This document shows positions 10,001 to 20,624 of a DNA stretch of 64,000 bases, one piece after another. The notes under the pieces were generated by a model. That model ran no database searches, was not told where the DNA came from, and saw only the letters and a program-made list of their open reading frames with translations. Position numbers and translations under genes: made by a program. How positions within the stretch are numbered: position 1 is the stretch's first letter; every line of letters begins with the position of its first letter. The DNA comes from a virus (lineage: Duplodnaviria > Caudoviricetes), in the IMG/VR virus record IMGVR_UViG_3300028591_000175, positions 1-64,000 of that record; one strand, given 5' to 3'.

Positions 10001-12459
10001 GTTATGACGTAAAATGGCAACGTACTATGAACGTAATTAAATATAATTTACGTAGAATAGTAAAACCATTTATGGAATGGTTAGCACAGCAATTAGTGAA
10101 TATAATTGGTTTAGTAAATGCTATAATGAAGGGTATTGGTAAAGTATTCGGTAAGAATTGGGATTTATTTGACCAAAGCGCAGCAAGTGCCGAACAAATG
10201 AGGGAAGAATTAGAGCAAGCAGCAAATGTAACCGCAAGTTTTGACGAACTTCACGATATAGGAACAGAAAGTAGTAACAACCCAGCAATGGATTTAATGG
10301 GAGATATATACACCCCACAATGGGAAGGCTTATATGAAATGCTTGAAAAAGTTGGAGAGCTTATAGGAAATATCATCAAAGCTGTTTCAGGCTGGACTTT
10401 CTGGGATTGGTTAAAACTTATTGGTGCAGCATTAGTTGGTTATCTAGCTCTTAAATGGTTATTAAGCCTTTTCGGTAAAGGTAAAAATCCATTACAATCA
10501 GTTGCAGACGGATTAAACTTTTTATGCAAAGCAGTTGGTTGGGCATTACTAATCTGGGCATTCACAGAATTCACAAAAGCCTTAACAGATTTTGTTGAAT
10601 GTATGAAAACCGCTGATTGGGACGACATAGCAAAAGCATTGATAATGTTAGGTGGTGCATTCGCATTATTATTTGCAGGTATTACAGGTGTGCAAGGAAT
10701 GACGAAATGGCTAGGTGTAACAACAGGTGAACTATTTGGAATGTCAGCATTAGTCGGTGTATTTGCACTATTTGTAAAAGCTATCGTACCATTTATTGAA
10801 TGTATAAAAGACCTAGGAGACGAAAAGATTGAAGTTATTTCAGCAAGTCTTATGACGTTAGCTGGAGCATTTATAGCTTTAATTGGTGGTGTAGCAGGAG
10901 TAGAAGGTATTACGAAATTCATAGGTATAATGGGAAGTGAGTTACTTGGTTTATCAGCAGTAATCGGAGCATTAGACCTATTCGTATTAGCAATAGTACC
11001 ATTCATAAAAGCTATAAGTGAAATTGAAGGTGATAAATGGGATACAATTATTCCTATGATAACTGGTTTAGTTGGTGCATTCATAGCACTTGCAGCTGGG
11101 GTTGGAGTAATTAGTAGAGCATTTAGTACAATGGATTGGAAAGCAATCGGTCAATTATATGCAGTAGCTGGTGTATTTGAAGTATTTATGTTAGCATTAG
11201 TACCATTCTTACACGCAATAAAAGATTTAGACTTTGAAACATTATCTGGTGGAACAATGTTAATTGCAGGTGCATTCTTAGCACTAGGTGGAGCGTTAGC
11301 ACTTATGACACCATTCTTGAAAATGTTAGATTGGTCAAGTTTACTAGAATTTGTAGTAATTATGGGTGTAATGGCTGGACTAATTTGGGTACTTCAAGCA
11401 TTCGTTAACGCACTAAAAGATGTATCTACTGAACAGATTTATGCAGGATTGATATTACTCGCTGGAGGTTTAATGGCTATCACAGTTGCAGTTGGAGCAT
11501 TACTAATAATTCTTAGTGCAGCAATTGCTTCTGGAGTTGGAGCATTAGCAATTCTAGCATTAGCAGGGGTACTCGCAGTAGTCGCTCTGGTAATCGTTGC
11601 TTTAGCTGAATTAGTTAGAGCATTAGGCGAAGCTGGAGAAGGTATTAAGAAGATTTGCGAAGGCATTGAAGGAGTAATACGAGCGATTGGTGAAGTTATA
11701 ATGGGAATTATAACTGCTGTAGCAGAAGGCATTGCAACTGTAGTTACCGCAATAGCAGAAGGTATTACTAATATACTAACCCCAATACTAGAATTCATAG
11801 ATAGTGTAATCGGAAAGATAACAGATTTAGCGACAACTATAGTTCGTGAAATTGGAGAAACTATCAGAACTGTAATTCAAACTACTGGAGAAGTAATAAT
11901 CGGTATTATAGATAGTTTAGTAAGTGCTATTCCAAGATTATTAGACGCAATATTAAGATTTGTAAGAGAAATCGGACCAGCAGTAGAAAATTCTTGTGAC
12001 GCAATTATGAGAACTATTACAAAACTAATTAACTTCGTAGTATCAGGTATTGAATATTTAGTAAATACATTAGTTATTGACGCAATCAACGGAGCAATTT
12101 CAACAGTAACGCTTGGTATGTTTAGCAATGTATTTAGTCATATTGAAATTGCGAGATTTGTACCAAAATATGAACAAGGAACTAACTACGTACCTAATGA
12201 CGGATTAGCATACTTACACCAAGGAGAAGCAGTCGTACCTAAAAAATATAATACTCCTTATCAACAAGATAATTCAGGAATGAGTAATGCGATTGATAGG
12301 CTAGCTCAACAAGTTGCTCGTATTAGTGATAAAGTAGAACAAGGAATACCAGTTAAAGGTCAATTCGTACAAAGAGGCTCTGATTTAGTAGCAACAGTTG
12401 AAAAAGCTAATAATAGAATGAAAAATAATGTGTTAAACAATAAAGTTTACGCTAGATAA
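7060..12459 (+). CDS. Tape measure protein
   Basis: 1799 aa, helical A/K/E-rich, long hydrophobic repeats, C-terminal GTNYVPNDGLAYLHQGEAVVPKKYN motif. Confidence 0.92.
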   Translation: MGEEIESLYALLGIKPDEASAADAVSKLVKAVQSKLKSSVYGGKDGVITLPATLEGKFKNGKEINQDIKDAYAAIYKTAKEMADESVSLTLKDIENFKAQIDKFGKKTAKYKGSDVIANANNNLRQTLGDYQAFVNDLRKEVSVQQKAQTKQAQKAKAQAKAKTKKSSYSDISDEEINDAIAKENARQAKIKAWRDKQASDIASKLDYKSGGIDAGKTNSYSLNASEFSEYESQWARELAKTIKETYKTTVDKQWIDKEYKPKTGVKSRATSREEHLNFLSNAAFGDLADLIHKSEQGDEDVTFDKIVEAIGVLRTIMEENGKDMATIAQTVINATQSRYDDNPRRKNAGVNREEGTEKGVGKGHERTQAYQASIQQLLKKMLGEVGTIKQKEIEANKTAVKMTNAYEQAKSNAKTSKASADTKALAQELKGEKARDEKSYIQDVRESSREAVADTAEGQKNQAMLDIEKEDVGTGFNTDAKADALIDAVRQKPKGETEFPAEQVKNVLANLGQAKQTDGKCPCQAILEGIRDAVQSINSKIQGKVGKAPTKHYVKKKGGGSSEDGGDNGAIHLMSEEMKRMPIAIQKALAKTGPKAIQTTMSKALVPIANTEKTLKDVINGVSKTDLNNRRLTELNEKTAAMAEERNKKKRPAQDVAKDVIAPDKAPDKQITKAFADVIKNAFPTGSAVDRIMSATAEEQARMRAERIQKYGLNRGRDLTDTGDVAQIRRTKELFGWNYKSDKDNKNLFQDVQLTPHVDIDTDAIMKSLNKVLSGSEMFKAQTGGVWRNILGSMTGYIGMPSLEKSRAEAEGLNQVMANVRNEVMKLLQEIQSKEFTLHGMEESGEASFTSDGRITEGSSSASKKLFADLEEQKGVLRGVLAEVAMVDQVVGQTGGKVHDIIKNLGFVMPELMQNNTILKNINAGLDKSGKALKFQTRTAEVLNYSFQLMARHIGQMIKNWIMMLNPLSLIKRAFQDFASYDVKWQRTMNVIKYNLRRIVKPFMEWLAQQLVNIIGLVNAIMKGIGKVFGKNWDLFDQSAASAEQMREELEQAANVTASFDELHDIGTESSNNPAMDLMGDIYTPQWEGLYEMLEKVGELIGNIIKAVSGWTFWDWLKLIGAALVGYLALKWLLSLFGKGKNPLQSVADGLNFLCKAVGWALLIWAFTEFTKALTDFVECMKTADWDDIAKALIMLGGAFALLFAGITGVQGMTKWLGVTTGELFGMSALVGVFALFVKAIVPFIECIKDLGDEKIEVISASLMTLAGAFIALIGGVAGVEGITKFIGIMGSELLGLSAVIGALDLFVLAIVPFIKAISEIEGDKWDTIIPMITGLVGAFIALAAGVGVISRAFSTMDWKAIGQLYAVAGVFEVFMLALVPFLHAIKDLDFETLSGGTMLIAGAFLALGGALALMTPFLKMLDWSSLLEFVVIMGVMAGLIWVLQAFVNALKDVSTEQIYAGLILLAGGLMAITVAVGALLIILSAAIASGVGALAILALAGVLAVVALVIVALAELVRALGEAGEGIKKICEGIEGVIRAIGEVIMGIITAVAEGIATVVTAIAEGITNILTPILEFIDSVIGKITDLATTIVREIGETIRTVIQTTGEVIIGIIDSLVSAIPRLLDAILRFVREIGPAVENSCDAIMRTITKLINFVVSGIEYLVNTLVIDAINGAISTVTLGMFSNVFSHIEIARFVPKYEQGTNYVPNDGLAYLHQGEAVVPKKYNTPYQQDNSGMSNAIDRLAQQVARISDKVEQGIPVKGQFVQRGSDLVATVEKANNRMKNNVLNNKVYAR

Positions 12460-12473
12460 AAGGAGGTAAGAAT

Positions 12474-13004
12474 ATGAGTCATTCACATTCAGGGCTATGC
12501 CCAAAAGTAAATTCATTTGCACCATTGCTAATTATAAATGGAGAAAACTTTTATTTCCACGACCCATATGGAAATCGTCTAACTGAAGATTATTCAGAGT
12601 ATGACCCAGTTAATCCATATTATAATACAGTAAATAACCCAGCAATCGGCTATAATGAATTATCTGAACAATTAGTTAAATCTACAAGAAATGCAAATGG
12701 TCAAGTTATTGCACAAAAAATAAATCGTAGACTTAACAAATTCGACGGATTAACGTGGCCATATTTATCACGTTATGATGTGAATTGGTTAAAAAAACAA
12801 ATTGCAAAGTTTGAATGTGAAATATGGTATTGGGACGACGAGTATGAACAATTTATAAAAAGAAGATTCTATTGGGGTGACTTTAGCGCCACCCCTTGCG
12901 AATGGGAAACTATAAAATATACAGCTGGAGGAAATTATTTATACGCAAAACGCCCAATATGGTATAAAGACGTTAAATGCAATTTGATAGATATGGGATA
13001 CTAA
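12474..13004 (+). CDS. Putative distal tail protein
   Basis: Directly after tape measure; STRNANG...FYWGD...YKDVKCNLID pattern. Confidence 0.6.
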   Translation: MSHSHSGLCPKVNSFAPLLIINGENFYFHDPYGNRLTEDYSEYDPVNPYYNTVNNPAIGYNELSEQLVKSTRNANGQVIAQKINRRLNKFDGLTWPYLSRYDVNWLKKQIAKFECEIWYWDDEYEQFIKRRFYWGDFSATPCEWETIKYTAGGNYLYAKRPIWYKDVKCNLIDMGY

Positions 13005-13024
13005 AAATAGAAAGGAGGTAAGTT

Positions 13025-15169
13025 ATGGCGGTTCATAGAGATACATATGGAAATTTGGATAGAGTTGATTTTGAAAATCACTTAAAAGCTAGGACTAGAA
13101 AAGAAGGTTACGTTGATATAATAATGTATACACCAGATACAAATATTCAAGTTAGTAGTGTAACTTCAACTGATAAATTGAGTATTTGTAATATAGACGC
13201 TGTCACAGATTTAGATAAATATAACAGTGGAACAGTTGCAACACTAGAAGAAAACTTATGGCTATTAGACGGTAGATTTATTGTGTATCAAGGCACACCA
13301 ATTGACGGATATGTTTCAGAAAGTGTTTCTGATGAGAATGGAGAATTTGAAACTAATCCTAAAATAAAAGTAAACTTAGCTCACGTAAGTAATATTGAAA
13401 ATTTTTCAGTAATGCTAAACCCTGCTGTACCTAGCGCTTATCCAAAAAGCATTATAGTTCACTGCTATAACGCAAGTGACACAGAAGTTGCTACATTCAC
13501 AGAAAGAATTGAATGGGAGGATACAAGTGGGTCGCATATACTTGAAACTTTACCTTCTGTTAATTTTGAAATAAATACAAATAATATTAGTTATTTAGAA
13601 ATAGAATTTGTTAAAACTAGATTTAGACACAGAAGAATTCGTGTAAGTACAATAATGTTTGGTAAAACAATTTATTTAGACCAAGACGCTGTGTTAAATG
13701 TAGACTTTGATGATAAAACTTCGTACGTATGTGATACGTTACCTTCAAGGACATTTAGTTTTGACGTAAACAATTATGACGGATTTTATAACATAGATAA
13801 TCCAGAAAACGGTTATATAAACTTAACTCGACAAACTAGAATTAGATTTAGAAATGGATATAATGTATTTGGTTATGAATATAATCAAGACGGTACTGTA
13901 AAAATGGAAGATGAATTTGAATATACTACGGTTGAACAACAAGTGTATGACGACGAAGGAAACCCAGTTGTAGACGAAGACGGAAATCCAGTTACACATT
14001 ATGTAGGAGTTGCCACAGTAAAAAGAGCAAACGCTTTTCCAGTAATCAATTATGAATTAGGTGAAGGTGTTGAAATTGAATGGGATAGTTGGAAAGAATT
14101 AAGACTTATGGACGTATCAGCAAATGCAGACGAAAGTGCGACGTTTACCTGCGGTTCACTTTTAGACGTAATGGAAGAAACTTATACAACAGATATATAC
14201 CCTAATGATGAGCGTAGAGTAGCCGAAATAGTAAATGACATATTAGTTTACGAAGGTTTTGATTTGAATTCAGTTGAATTTTCAACTGACGTTAATGGTA
14301 CTAATTTCGGTGATTATCGTATCAATGTGCCTATTCCAGAAGTAACTTGTAAAGAAGTATTACAATTACTAGCTTTCTCAGTAGGAGCTACACTTTTAAT
14401 AAAAGATAACGGACATATTAAGTTTGCTAATTTGAATATATCAGACCCTACTACATTCACAAATTCATATACTTGGCACTATACAGATTTTGAAAGTATC
14501 CCTGCTGCAGAGCAATTAGATACAGTCAACAATTTATCACAAATATCAATGCCAAAATATTATGCTCAGTTAGAACAAAAAGGTGATATAGATAATTTCG
14601 TAGCAAATAACTCAGCCATAACTACTGGTAATGTATATAGTAATTGTAAAGTTATAACTACCGCCACTTGCACATCTGTAAGTAACGAGGTAACTTATAG
14701 TGACGCATATGTAATAGGAGCGAGACTTTCAGACGAAAATTCACAATCTGTTTTACAAGCTGTATCACTTGGTACTATTAGACTTTACAGTAAACGCGGA
14801 CTTATTTCATTGATAGGTTTTTCAGGTGGAGAAGAAGTTAAAGTTGAAATTATAGGATACCCAATAGAAATAAAAACTATACAAGAAAGAAATGTTACAA
14901 GTGATAGTTTAGTATTAAACACACAAGTAATGCAATATGATATAACAGTGAACAATACTTCAGAATATATTAAACGTAAATATTTAGAATGGTATAAAAA
15001 GAAATTCAAATACACATATAACGGTAGAGGAGAACCATTGGTTAACGCAGGAGATTATGGAGTAATTCAAACACAGTTTTCTGCGGAAATGCCGGTTTAT
15101 ATATTAAGAAACCACTGGACTTTTGATGGTACGTGGGCAGGAGATATGGAGGTGATTGCACTTGACTAG
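13025..15169 (+). CDS. Tail tip / baseplate hub protein
   Basis: 714 aa after Dit-like gene; ATLEENLWLLDG and RGEPLVNAGD motifs. Confidence 0.6.
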   Translation: MAVHRDTYGNLDRVDFENHLKARTRKEGYVDIIMYTPDTNIQVSSVTSTDKLSICNIDAVTDLDKYNSGTVATLEENLWLLDGRFIVYQGTPIDGYVSESVSDENGEFETNPKIKVNLAHVSNIENFSVMLNPAVPSAYPKSIIVHCYNASDTEVATFTERIEWEDTSGSHILETLPSVNFEINTNNISYLEIEFVKTRFRHRRIRVSTIMFGKTIYLDQDAVLNVDFDDKTSYVCDTLPSRTFSFDVNNYDGFYNIDNPENGYINLTRQTRIRFRNGYNVFGYEYNQDGTVKMEDEFEYTTVEQQVYDDEGNPVVDEDGNPVTHYVGVATVKRANAFPVINYELGEGVEIEWDSWKELRLMDVSANADESATFTCGSLLDVMEETYTTDIYPNDERRVAEIVNDILVYEGFDLNSVEFSTDVNGTNFGDYRINVPIPEVTCKEVLQLLAFSVGATLLIKDNGHIKFANLNISDPTTFTNSYTWHYTDFESIPAAEQLDTVNNLSQISMPKYYAQLEQKGDIDNFVANNSAITTGNVYSNCKVITTATCTSVSNEVTYSDAYVIGARLSDENSQSVLQAVSLGTIRLYSKRGLISLIGFSGGEEVKVEIIGYPIEIKTIQERNVTSDSLVLNTQVMQYDITVNNTSEYIKRKYLEWYKKKFKYTYNGRGEPLVNAGDYGVIQTQFSAEMPVYILRNHWTFDGTWAGDMEVIALD

Positions 15170-18100
15170 AGAATGGATAGAACCAATTTATGATAGAACT
15201 TTAGGAAGTGTAAAGGCTGTCCAAATAGACCCAGACCAAGAAAATCCTAAAGGTGCTTGGAATGATACGGACTTGAACAGATTAGAGAAAAACACTGCAT
15301 ACTGTGCCGAATGGATGGTACAACAAAAAATAGTACGTACTGCACCAGATATTGAAGTTTATGAAAATGATTATTGGCAAAAAAATATGGTACCTACTAA
15401 AACAGATATAGACAGAATTGTAAGTAATATAAAACAATTAGTAGATTTATCAAAAAACAATCCTGCTATTGCTGACCAATTACCTAACATATATGCAAGC
15501 GCAACACAACCTAACTATGTACTAGCCAACCAATTAGAATTTGCATTATATTTAATGCACGACCAACCAAAACTACCATTAGATTATTGGACTGTAGAAA
15601 TAGCAAATGGTATTATAACACAAGTTGTTAGGGACGACGGTACAACTGAACGTATAAACGCTAGTACAGCATTAGTTGCAGAAGACGAAGTGGTAACAAT
15701 AAAAGGTGTGCCATATGGTGAATATGCTCAATATCAATCTTTTAGAGATTGGAGTGGTACAGCGCAAGATTTATTGTTACTACAACCAGATAGTGAACAC
15801 CAAGAAGCTACATTCATAATGCCTTATAGAAATGTTGCTTATAGTGCTAATTTTGAAACTCATATACCAAGAACTTTAACAATTACGAATGGTTATATTT
15901 CAGTTAGTAAAGACCCAACCGCTAGTAGTGGTCCAAGTACAGGGACATACTTTGCAGGACAAGAAATTATGATTATTGCAACAGTAGCACCATTTGGAAT
16001 GGAATTTTATGAATGGCAAGGAACAGAAGACGCTTTACGTCAAATAGTAGGTGTAACAAACGCAGAAGACCCTTCTGTATCAATACTTACAATGCCTGAT
16101 TGTGACGTAGAATTAAACGCATTTTATAGAGACGCAACAGGACATTATCTAACAGTAAATGGTGGTACAGGTGGAGGTATCTATAAATACGGTACAAACG
16201 TATATATCTCTGCTACAGTACCAAGTCATTACAAATTTTCATATTGGTCAGGCAATACAAGTTATCTAACTGATATACACAGCTCATATGGGTCATTCAA
16301 AATGCCAGATAACGCATTAAGTTTTACCGCACATTTTGAATATGTATATTCATATAACGAAGTACAAGTAATTGACGGTTTAATTACTGTAAATAATGCA
16401 AATGTAGCACAAGCTAGTGGATTAAGACAAACAAATTCATATACGTTAGTGCCTACCCCACCAGATAGTTCACAAGGTATTTTGAATTGGACTATAGAAG
16501 GTCAAGGTAGTATTGGTACTGACGCATTAGGAAACCATACTAACACATTTACTGTTGGTGATGGAAACGCTATTATTACAGGACATTACGCACCAATAAG
16601 AACCATAACTGTTACTAATCAAAATAATGCTGGAGGAACTTCAGTAAATCAATTAGTACAAGGACGTAAGCAAAGATTTACAACAAGCTCATCTACTGGA
16701 GATTATAGATTTAATGGTTGGTATGAAAATGATACAAGAATTAGTACAAGTACAACATTAGATATTACAGCTGGAGCTAATGATAGAACTATCGAAGCAA
16801 GATATGACTTTTATCCAACTTATACAGTAACATTAGTGAACAGAAACAACGGTGGTCAAACTACTACTTCACGAGTTTTATCAGGAAATTATTGGAGTAG
16901 TTCGACTAATGAAGAAGTGGGAGATTACTTATTTGTAAGGTGGTTAAAAGACGGAAATCAAGTAAGCACTTCTACAAGTTATGGATTTTATGTATCAGGT
17001 GATACTACTATTACAGTTGAATATAGACCAAAAGAAACATATCATTTAACTGTTGTAAATGGCACAGGCTCAGGAGATTATAAAGAAAGACAATCTGTAA
17101 ATATTTCAGCAGATACAAGTTTGGGAGACTTTTCAAATTGGTCTACTTCTAGTATTTATAGTATTGGAAATTCATATAGTGCTAATACTACAGTTAAATT
17201 AGGTAGAGCAGACGGTACGGTTACAGCTAATTATAATATGAGAAAAATCACAGTAATAACTAATTCAGGAAGTAACACATATAACGTAAGGCAAGGTGAT
17301 TATATAACAGTAAATTCTGGTACAGCTCCAGATACATACGAATTTAATCATTGGTCATTAACTTCTGGAGACGCAGAAATTGCTAATACAAACTCATCTT
17401 CAACCAGAGTGTATGCAAGAACAAGTGATAGTACGATAACGTGTAATTATTCCGCTATCCCTTGGTTTACTGTAACAATGGTTGACGGTGAACTTCAAAA
17501 TGGAGATACTTGGGTAAATAGCGCAACAATTTTACGTGATTCATTAAATAACATCAGAGTAAAACAAGGTGCTGTACCTTATGGTCATCAATTCTTACAA
17601 TGGGAAATTTATATAAACGGTGTATTACAAACAACTACTCAATATGTTGAAATTTATAGCCCATTAGCAGAAACAACAAGGCTTTCAAAATTGAGAAGTG
17701 ATTGTACGATTAAAGCCACATTCTATGTACCAGACACAACTCAACAACGTACACTTACCGTACACAGAAAAGACGGTTCAACTACTCAATATACAAGACC
17801 TATTGGAGACCAAGTAACGGTACACGCAAGTTACCCAGACCAAGGTAAAGAGTTTTATGAATGGACTGGAGATTTAGCTTATGCTAGTACAAGTGCTTTA
17901 GTAACACCTATTCAAATGACAATACCTTCTGTGAATATTGAAATTACAGAAAACTATATTGACGAAGGAGCTAGACCAAAAGTAACCTTACATAGGTCAG
18001 GTATATATGGAGAAATGAAATACACAACTTCTTCTACTGACCCAGATACAGGAGAAGAAACTATAACTGAACATTGGACGTCAGAGCCTCACGATTACTA

Positions 18101-19028
18101 TGTTGGAGACGAAGTAGAAATCAGAATGACTGCATATCCAAACGAATATTACTTCGGTGGTTGGTCTGCATACACATATTCTTCAGAAGAAGATTTGACA
18201 GATATTATAAGTAGAACTAACCCACCAGATTTTCCACATACCACAACATTAACTATGCCAAAAGTAGCAACTGTATTTGAAGGTGGTCTTGTTAGAAAAG
18301 GTGACGTACAAATTGTATTAGAAGATGGTTTGACTGGTCTTGACCAAACGACAGCTACAGTGTATGAAGGTAAAAAGGTGGATATTAGATTTGGTAAAGA
18401 AGATACTTCTACTGTTAAATACACATTCACAAGATGGACGGTACTTCCTGGAAGTTACACACCAATTACTCAAATTGAATTATGGGACGGAGGTATGTTC
18501 AACCCTCTTGTACCAGGTACTTATGATAATCCAATTTATATTAAAATGCCGGCTACAGCAGTAGGATTAAAAGCTAATTATATATCTTCATATAAATTAA
18601 GTTTATCAAATGCTACGATTGACGACACAGGAGAAACTTCTGGATTTTATGAAGCTGGTGAAACGGTTAATATCACAGCAGATACAATTTCAGGAATGAC
18701 ATTCCAATACTGGGAGGGAGACACAGACACAATCGCAAATATATATGACCCAACTACAACCGTCACAACAGTAGCAGGTTCGACAACATTACGTGCTGTA
18801 TATTCAACAGATAGTGAACGAAATGACATTGGTTACACAGCATTAAGTTTAAGTGATAGCACTACAGTTGATAACGCAAATATAAATGTAATTTCAGGAA
18901 CTATTCAAAATGGATTTATATTAACAGATAGTGTCGGACATATCTACGTAATAGTGAATATAAATAATAACATAAGTACAATCGTGAGATTAACTAAGAT
19001 AGATAGAGGAGGTAATATTTATGGCTAA
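15156..19028 (+). CDS. Large tail fibre / adhesin with tandem InlB B-repeat-like beta domains
   Basis: Repeated units Y.LTV.NG.G.G.Y..G..V.I.A...F..W.G...MP...A.Y; start may be TTG at 15162 behind GGAGGTG. Confidence 0.7.
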   Translation: MHLTREWIEPIYDRTLGSVKAVQIDPDQENPKGAWNDTDLNRLEKNTAYCAEWMVQQKIVRTAPDIEVYENDYWQKNMVPTKTDIDRIVSNIKQLVDLSKNNPAIADQLPNIYASATQPNYVLANQLEFALYLMHDQPKLPLDYWTVEIANGIITQVVRDDGTTERINASTALVAEDEVVTIKGVPYGEYAQYQSFRDWSGTAQDLLLLQPDSEHQEATFIMPYRNVAYSANFETHIPRTLTITNGYISVSKDPTASSGPSTGTYFAGQEIMIIATVAPFGMEFYEWQGTEDALRQIVGVTNAEDPSVSILTMPDCDVELNAFYRDATGHYLTVNGGTGGGIYKYGTNVYISATVPSHYKFSYWSGNTSYLTDIHSSYGSFKMPDNALSFTAHFEYVYSYNEVQVIDGLITVNNANVAQASGLRQTNSYTLVPTPPDSSQGILNWTIEGQGSIGTDALGNHTNTFTVGDGNAIITGHYAPIRTITVTNQNNAGGTSVNQLVQGRKQRFTTSSSTGDYRFNGWYENDTRISTSTTLDITAGANDRTIEARYDFYPTYTVTLVNRNNGGQTTTSRVLSGNYWSSSTNEEVGDYLFVRWLKDGNQVSTSTSYGFYVSGDTTITVEYRPKETYHLTVVNGTGSGDYKERQSVNISADTSLGDFSNWSTSSIYSIGNSYSANTTVKLGRADGTVTANYNMRKITVITNSGSNTYNVRQGDYITVNSGTAPDTYEFNHWSLTSGDAEIANTNSSSTRVYARTSDSTITCNYSAIPWFTVTMVDGELQNGDTWVNSATILRDSLNNIRVKQGAVPYGHQFLQWEIYINGVLQTTTQYVEIYSPLAETTRLSKLRSDCTIKATFYVPDTTQQRTLTVHRKDGSTTQYTRPIGDQVTVHASYPDQGKEFYEWTGDLAYASTSALVTPIQMTIPSVNIEITENYIDEGARPKVTLHRSGIYGEMKYTTSSTDPDTGEETITEHWTSEPHDYYVGDEVEIRMTAYPNEYYFGGWSAYTYSSEEDLTDIISRTNPPDFPHTTTLTMPKVATVFEGGLVRKGDVQIVLEDGLTGLDQTTATVYEGKKVDIRFGKEDTSTVKYTFTRWTVLPGSYTPITQIELWDGGMFNPLVPGTYDNPIYIKMPATAVGLKANYISSYKLSLSNATIDDTGETSGFYEAGETVNITADTISGMTFQYWEGDTDTIANIYDPTTTVTTVAGSTTLRAVYSTDSERNDIGYTALSLSDSTTVDNANINVISGTIQNGFILTDSVGHIYVIVNINNNISTIVRLTKIDRGGNIYG

Positions 19029-19281
19029 TAATATAGGTACAATAAGTACAACAAAATTATCAAGAACGATAGGTAATTCAACAACGATTACAGACGCTTC
19101 ACAATTAACGGCTATTTCAGGATTTGTTGATGTAGGATTTATGGGATTTGACGCAGACGGGACAATGGGGATATGCACCTCCTTCACCCGTGACCAACAA
19201 GACAACCCAACTTATGTTTTCAGAACTTGTAGTTTGAATACAGAAATTGACATTCAAAATATTTTGGCACAAAGTTATTAA
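19021..19281 (+). CDS. Small tail-associated hypothetical protein
   Basis: GGAGG RBS, overlaps previous stop; resembles the C-terminus of the preceding protein. Confidence 0.65.
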   Translation: MANNIGTISTTKLSRTIGNSTTITDASQLTAISGFVDVGFMGFDADGTMGICTSFTRDQQDNPTYVFRTCSLNTEIDIQNILAQSY

Positions 19282-19645
19282 AAAGTGAACAGAAAATTGT
19301 CCAATTTTGGAAAGTTAAAATTAAAAATCTTAAAAATGATTTCTACCTACATATTTTATGATTATGTAACCTAAACGACGCGCCAGAATAGCCGTAAATC
19401 GTTTTTATATGTTAGAATAATAAAGTTATACTCCTAAAGGGTAAAATCGCTGTATGGGCATTTTAGAGCGTTATAACACCATATGGCTGTTTTACCCCTA
19501 TTTTTTATACTGTTTGTCAGAATTTTGACAGGGTTCGACAAAAAATGACAAGCTACGACAACAAAAAGTGAACAGAAATCAGATTGAGTCATTCTAAGAC
19601 TCATCTCTGCGTCTTAAAACGGTCCGTCCAAAAACTGTTCACTTT
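19281..19645. repeat. Motif-rich intergenic region (AAAGTGAACAG x3, phased YGACA x4, hairpins)
   Basis: Motifs at 19281, 19564 and 19635 (reverse); GACA ending at 19530, 19540, 19550, 19560; hairpin 19439-19497 followed by T-run. Confidence 0.65.
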
Positions 19646-19678
19646 CTCATTAAATGATTATAAAATGGGGGAATTAAA

Positions 19679-20131
19679 ATGAGTAGTAATAAAAATGCGA
19701 AGCAAGAATTGATAAGAAGATATGGAGCAGAATGTTTTATTGAAAAATTACATTTGAGAAAAGATACTACACCCAGAAGATACACAAGCAAAGGTCAAAA
19801 GAAACGAATGAAACAATTAACATATCATCATATAAGAATGAAAAAGGACGGAGGAAAAGCTACAGTTGAAAATGGAGCATTACTATCCGCAGAAAATCAT
19901 TCGTGGTTTCACCAACAAAGTCCCCAAGCACAAGGATATATGAACGCAATATTTCAAGAATATAAAAAACAAGTAGATGAATGCACAGTTGTATTTGTAG
20001 ACGAATTGGATTTACCATTTGAAGTTAGAGCTATAGATTTTAGTATTGATGAGAGAGGAAGATTTAATCGTGCAAAAGAAAAAAGAGAGACACAAAAAAT
20101 TATAGACGAATATTATGACCAAGAAAAATGA
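19679..20131 (+). CDS. HNH endonuclease
   Basis: LTYHHI...GGKATVENGALL...H motif. Confidence 0.75.
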   Translation: MSSNKNAKQELIRRYGAECFIEKLHLRKDTTPRRYTSKGQKKRMKQLTYHHIRMKKDGGKATVENGALLSAENHSWFHQQSPQAQGYMNAIFQEYKKQVDECTVVFVDELDLPFEVRAIDFSIDERGRFNRAKEKRETQKIIDEYYDQEK

Positions 20132-20154
20132 TACCGGCTTTTACACCGGTATCA
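20129..20154. terminator. Probable bidirectional terminator between convergent genes
   Basis: TGATACCGG / CCGGTATCA inverted repeat. Confidence 0.65.
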
Positions 20155-20162
20155 AATTTATA

Positions 20163-20597
20163 TTAAGCAAGAGTTAACCATACATTTCTAAAGTTATTGT
20201 TTGTTTTGATTTCCATATTAACTTTAGTTCCTACTAATGAATAAGCGTTATCTGTTATAACTGCAATATCATTGCTACTAACGTCTACACCTAATTCTTT
20301 TAATTGAGACACAGTTCTAGCAATAGCTGAACGTGTTTTTTCTAAATTTTCTCCAGCTAGCATTAAGTGTCTAAATTCTTTCTTTCCACCTTCAACTGCT
20401 ACTGTAATACTAATCATAGGTTTACCACTATTTTTTGAATTTTTAGCTTCAACCTTTTCGATTTCTCCTACATATTCTCCGTCTGCAAGATTTTCAAAAT
20501 TGTTTGTGTAGTCTTCTATTTTATCTACTCCACCCATTTCTTTGAAAATTGCATTTAATTCTGATAAATCTTCTTTGTCAATTCCGTTGTTTGCCAT
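20163..20597 (-). CDS. Putative single-stranded DNA-binding protein (DUF669-like)
   Basis: FENLADGEY.GEIEKVE.K.SK.SGKPMI motif; adjacent to Sak4-like ATPase. Confidence 0.65.
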   Translation of the reverse strand: MANNGIDKEDLSELNAIFKEMGGVDKIEDYTNNFENLADGEYVGEIEKVEAKNSKNSGKPMISITVAVEGGKKEFRHLMLAGENLEKTRSAIARTVSQLKELGVDVSSNDIAVITDNAYSLVGTKVNMEIKTNNNFRNVWLTLA

Positions 20598-20624
20598 AAT
20601 TACATTCCTCCTTAAAAATATTTA

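Noticed and set aside
7758-12128. Antisense ORFs within the tape measure gene, and similar ones in tail, polB, MoxR and vWA genes
   Set aside because: Shadows of codon bias on the opposite strand; no RBS or motifs
334-19281. Diversity-generating retroelement
   Set aside because: No reverse transcriptase and no TR/VR repeat pair seen in the window
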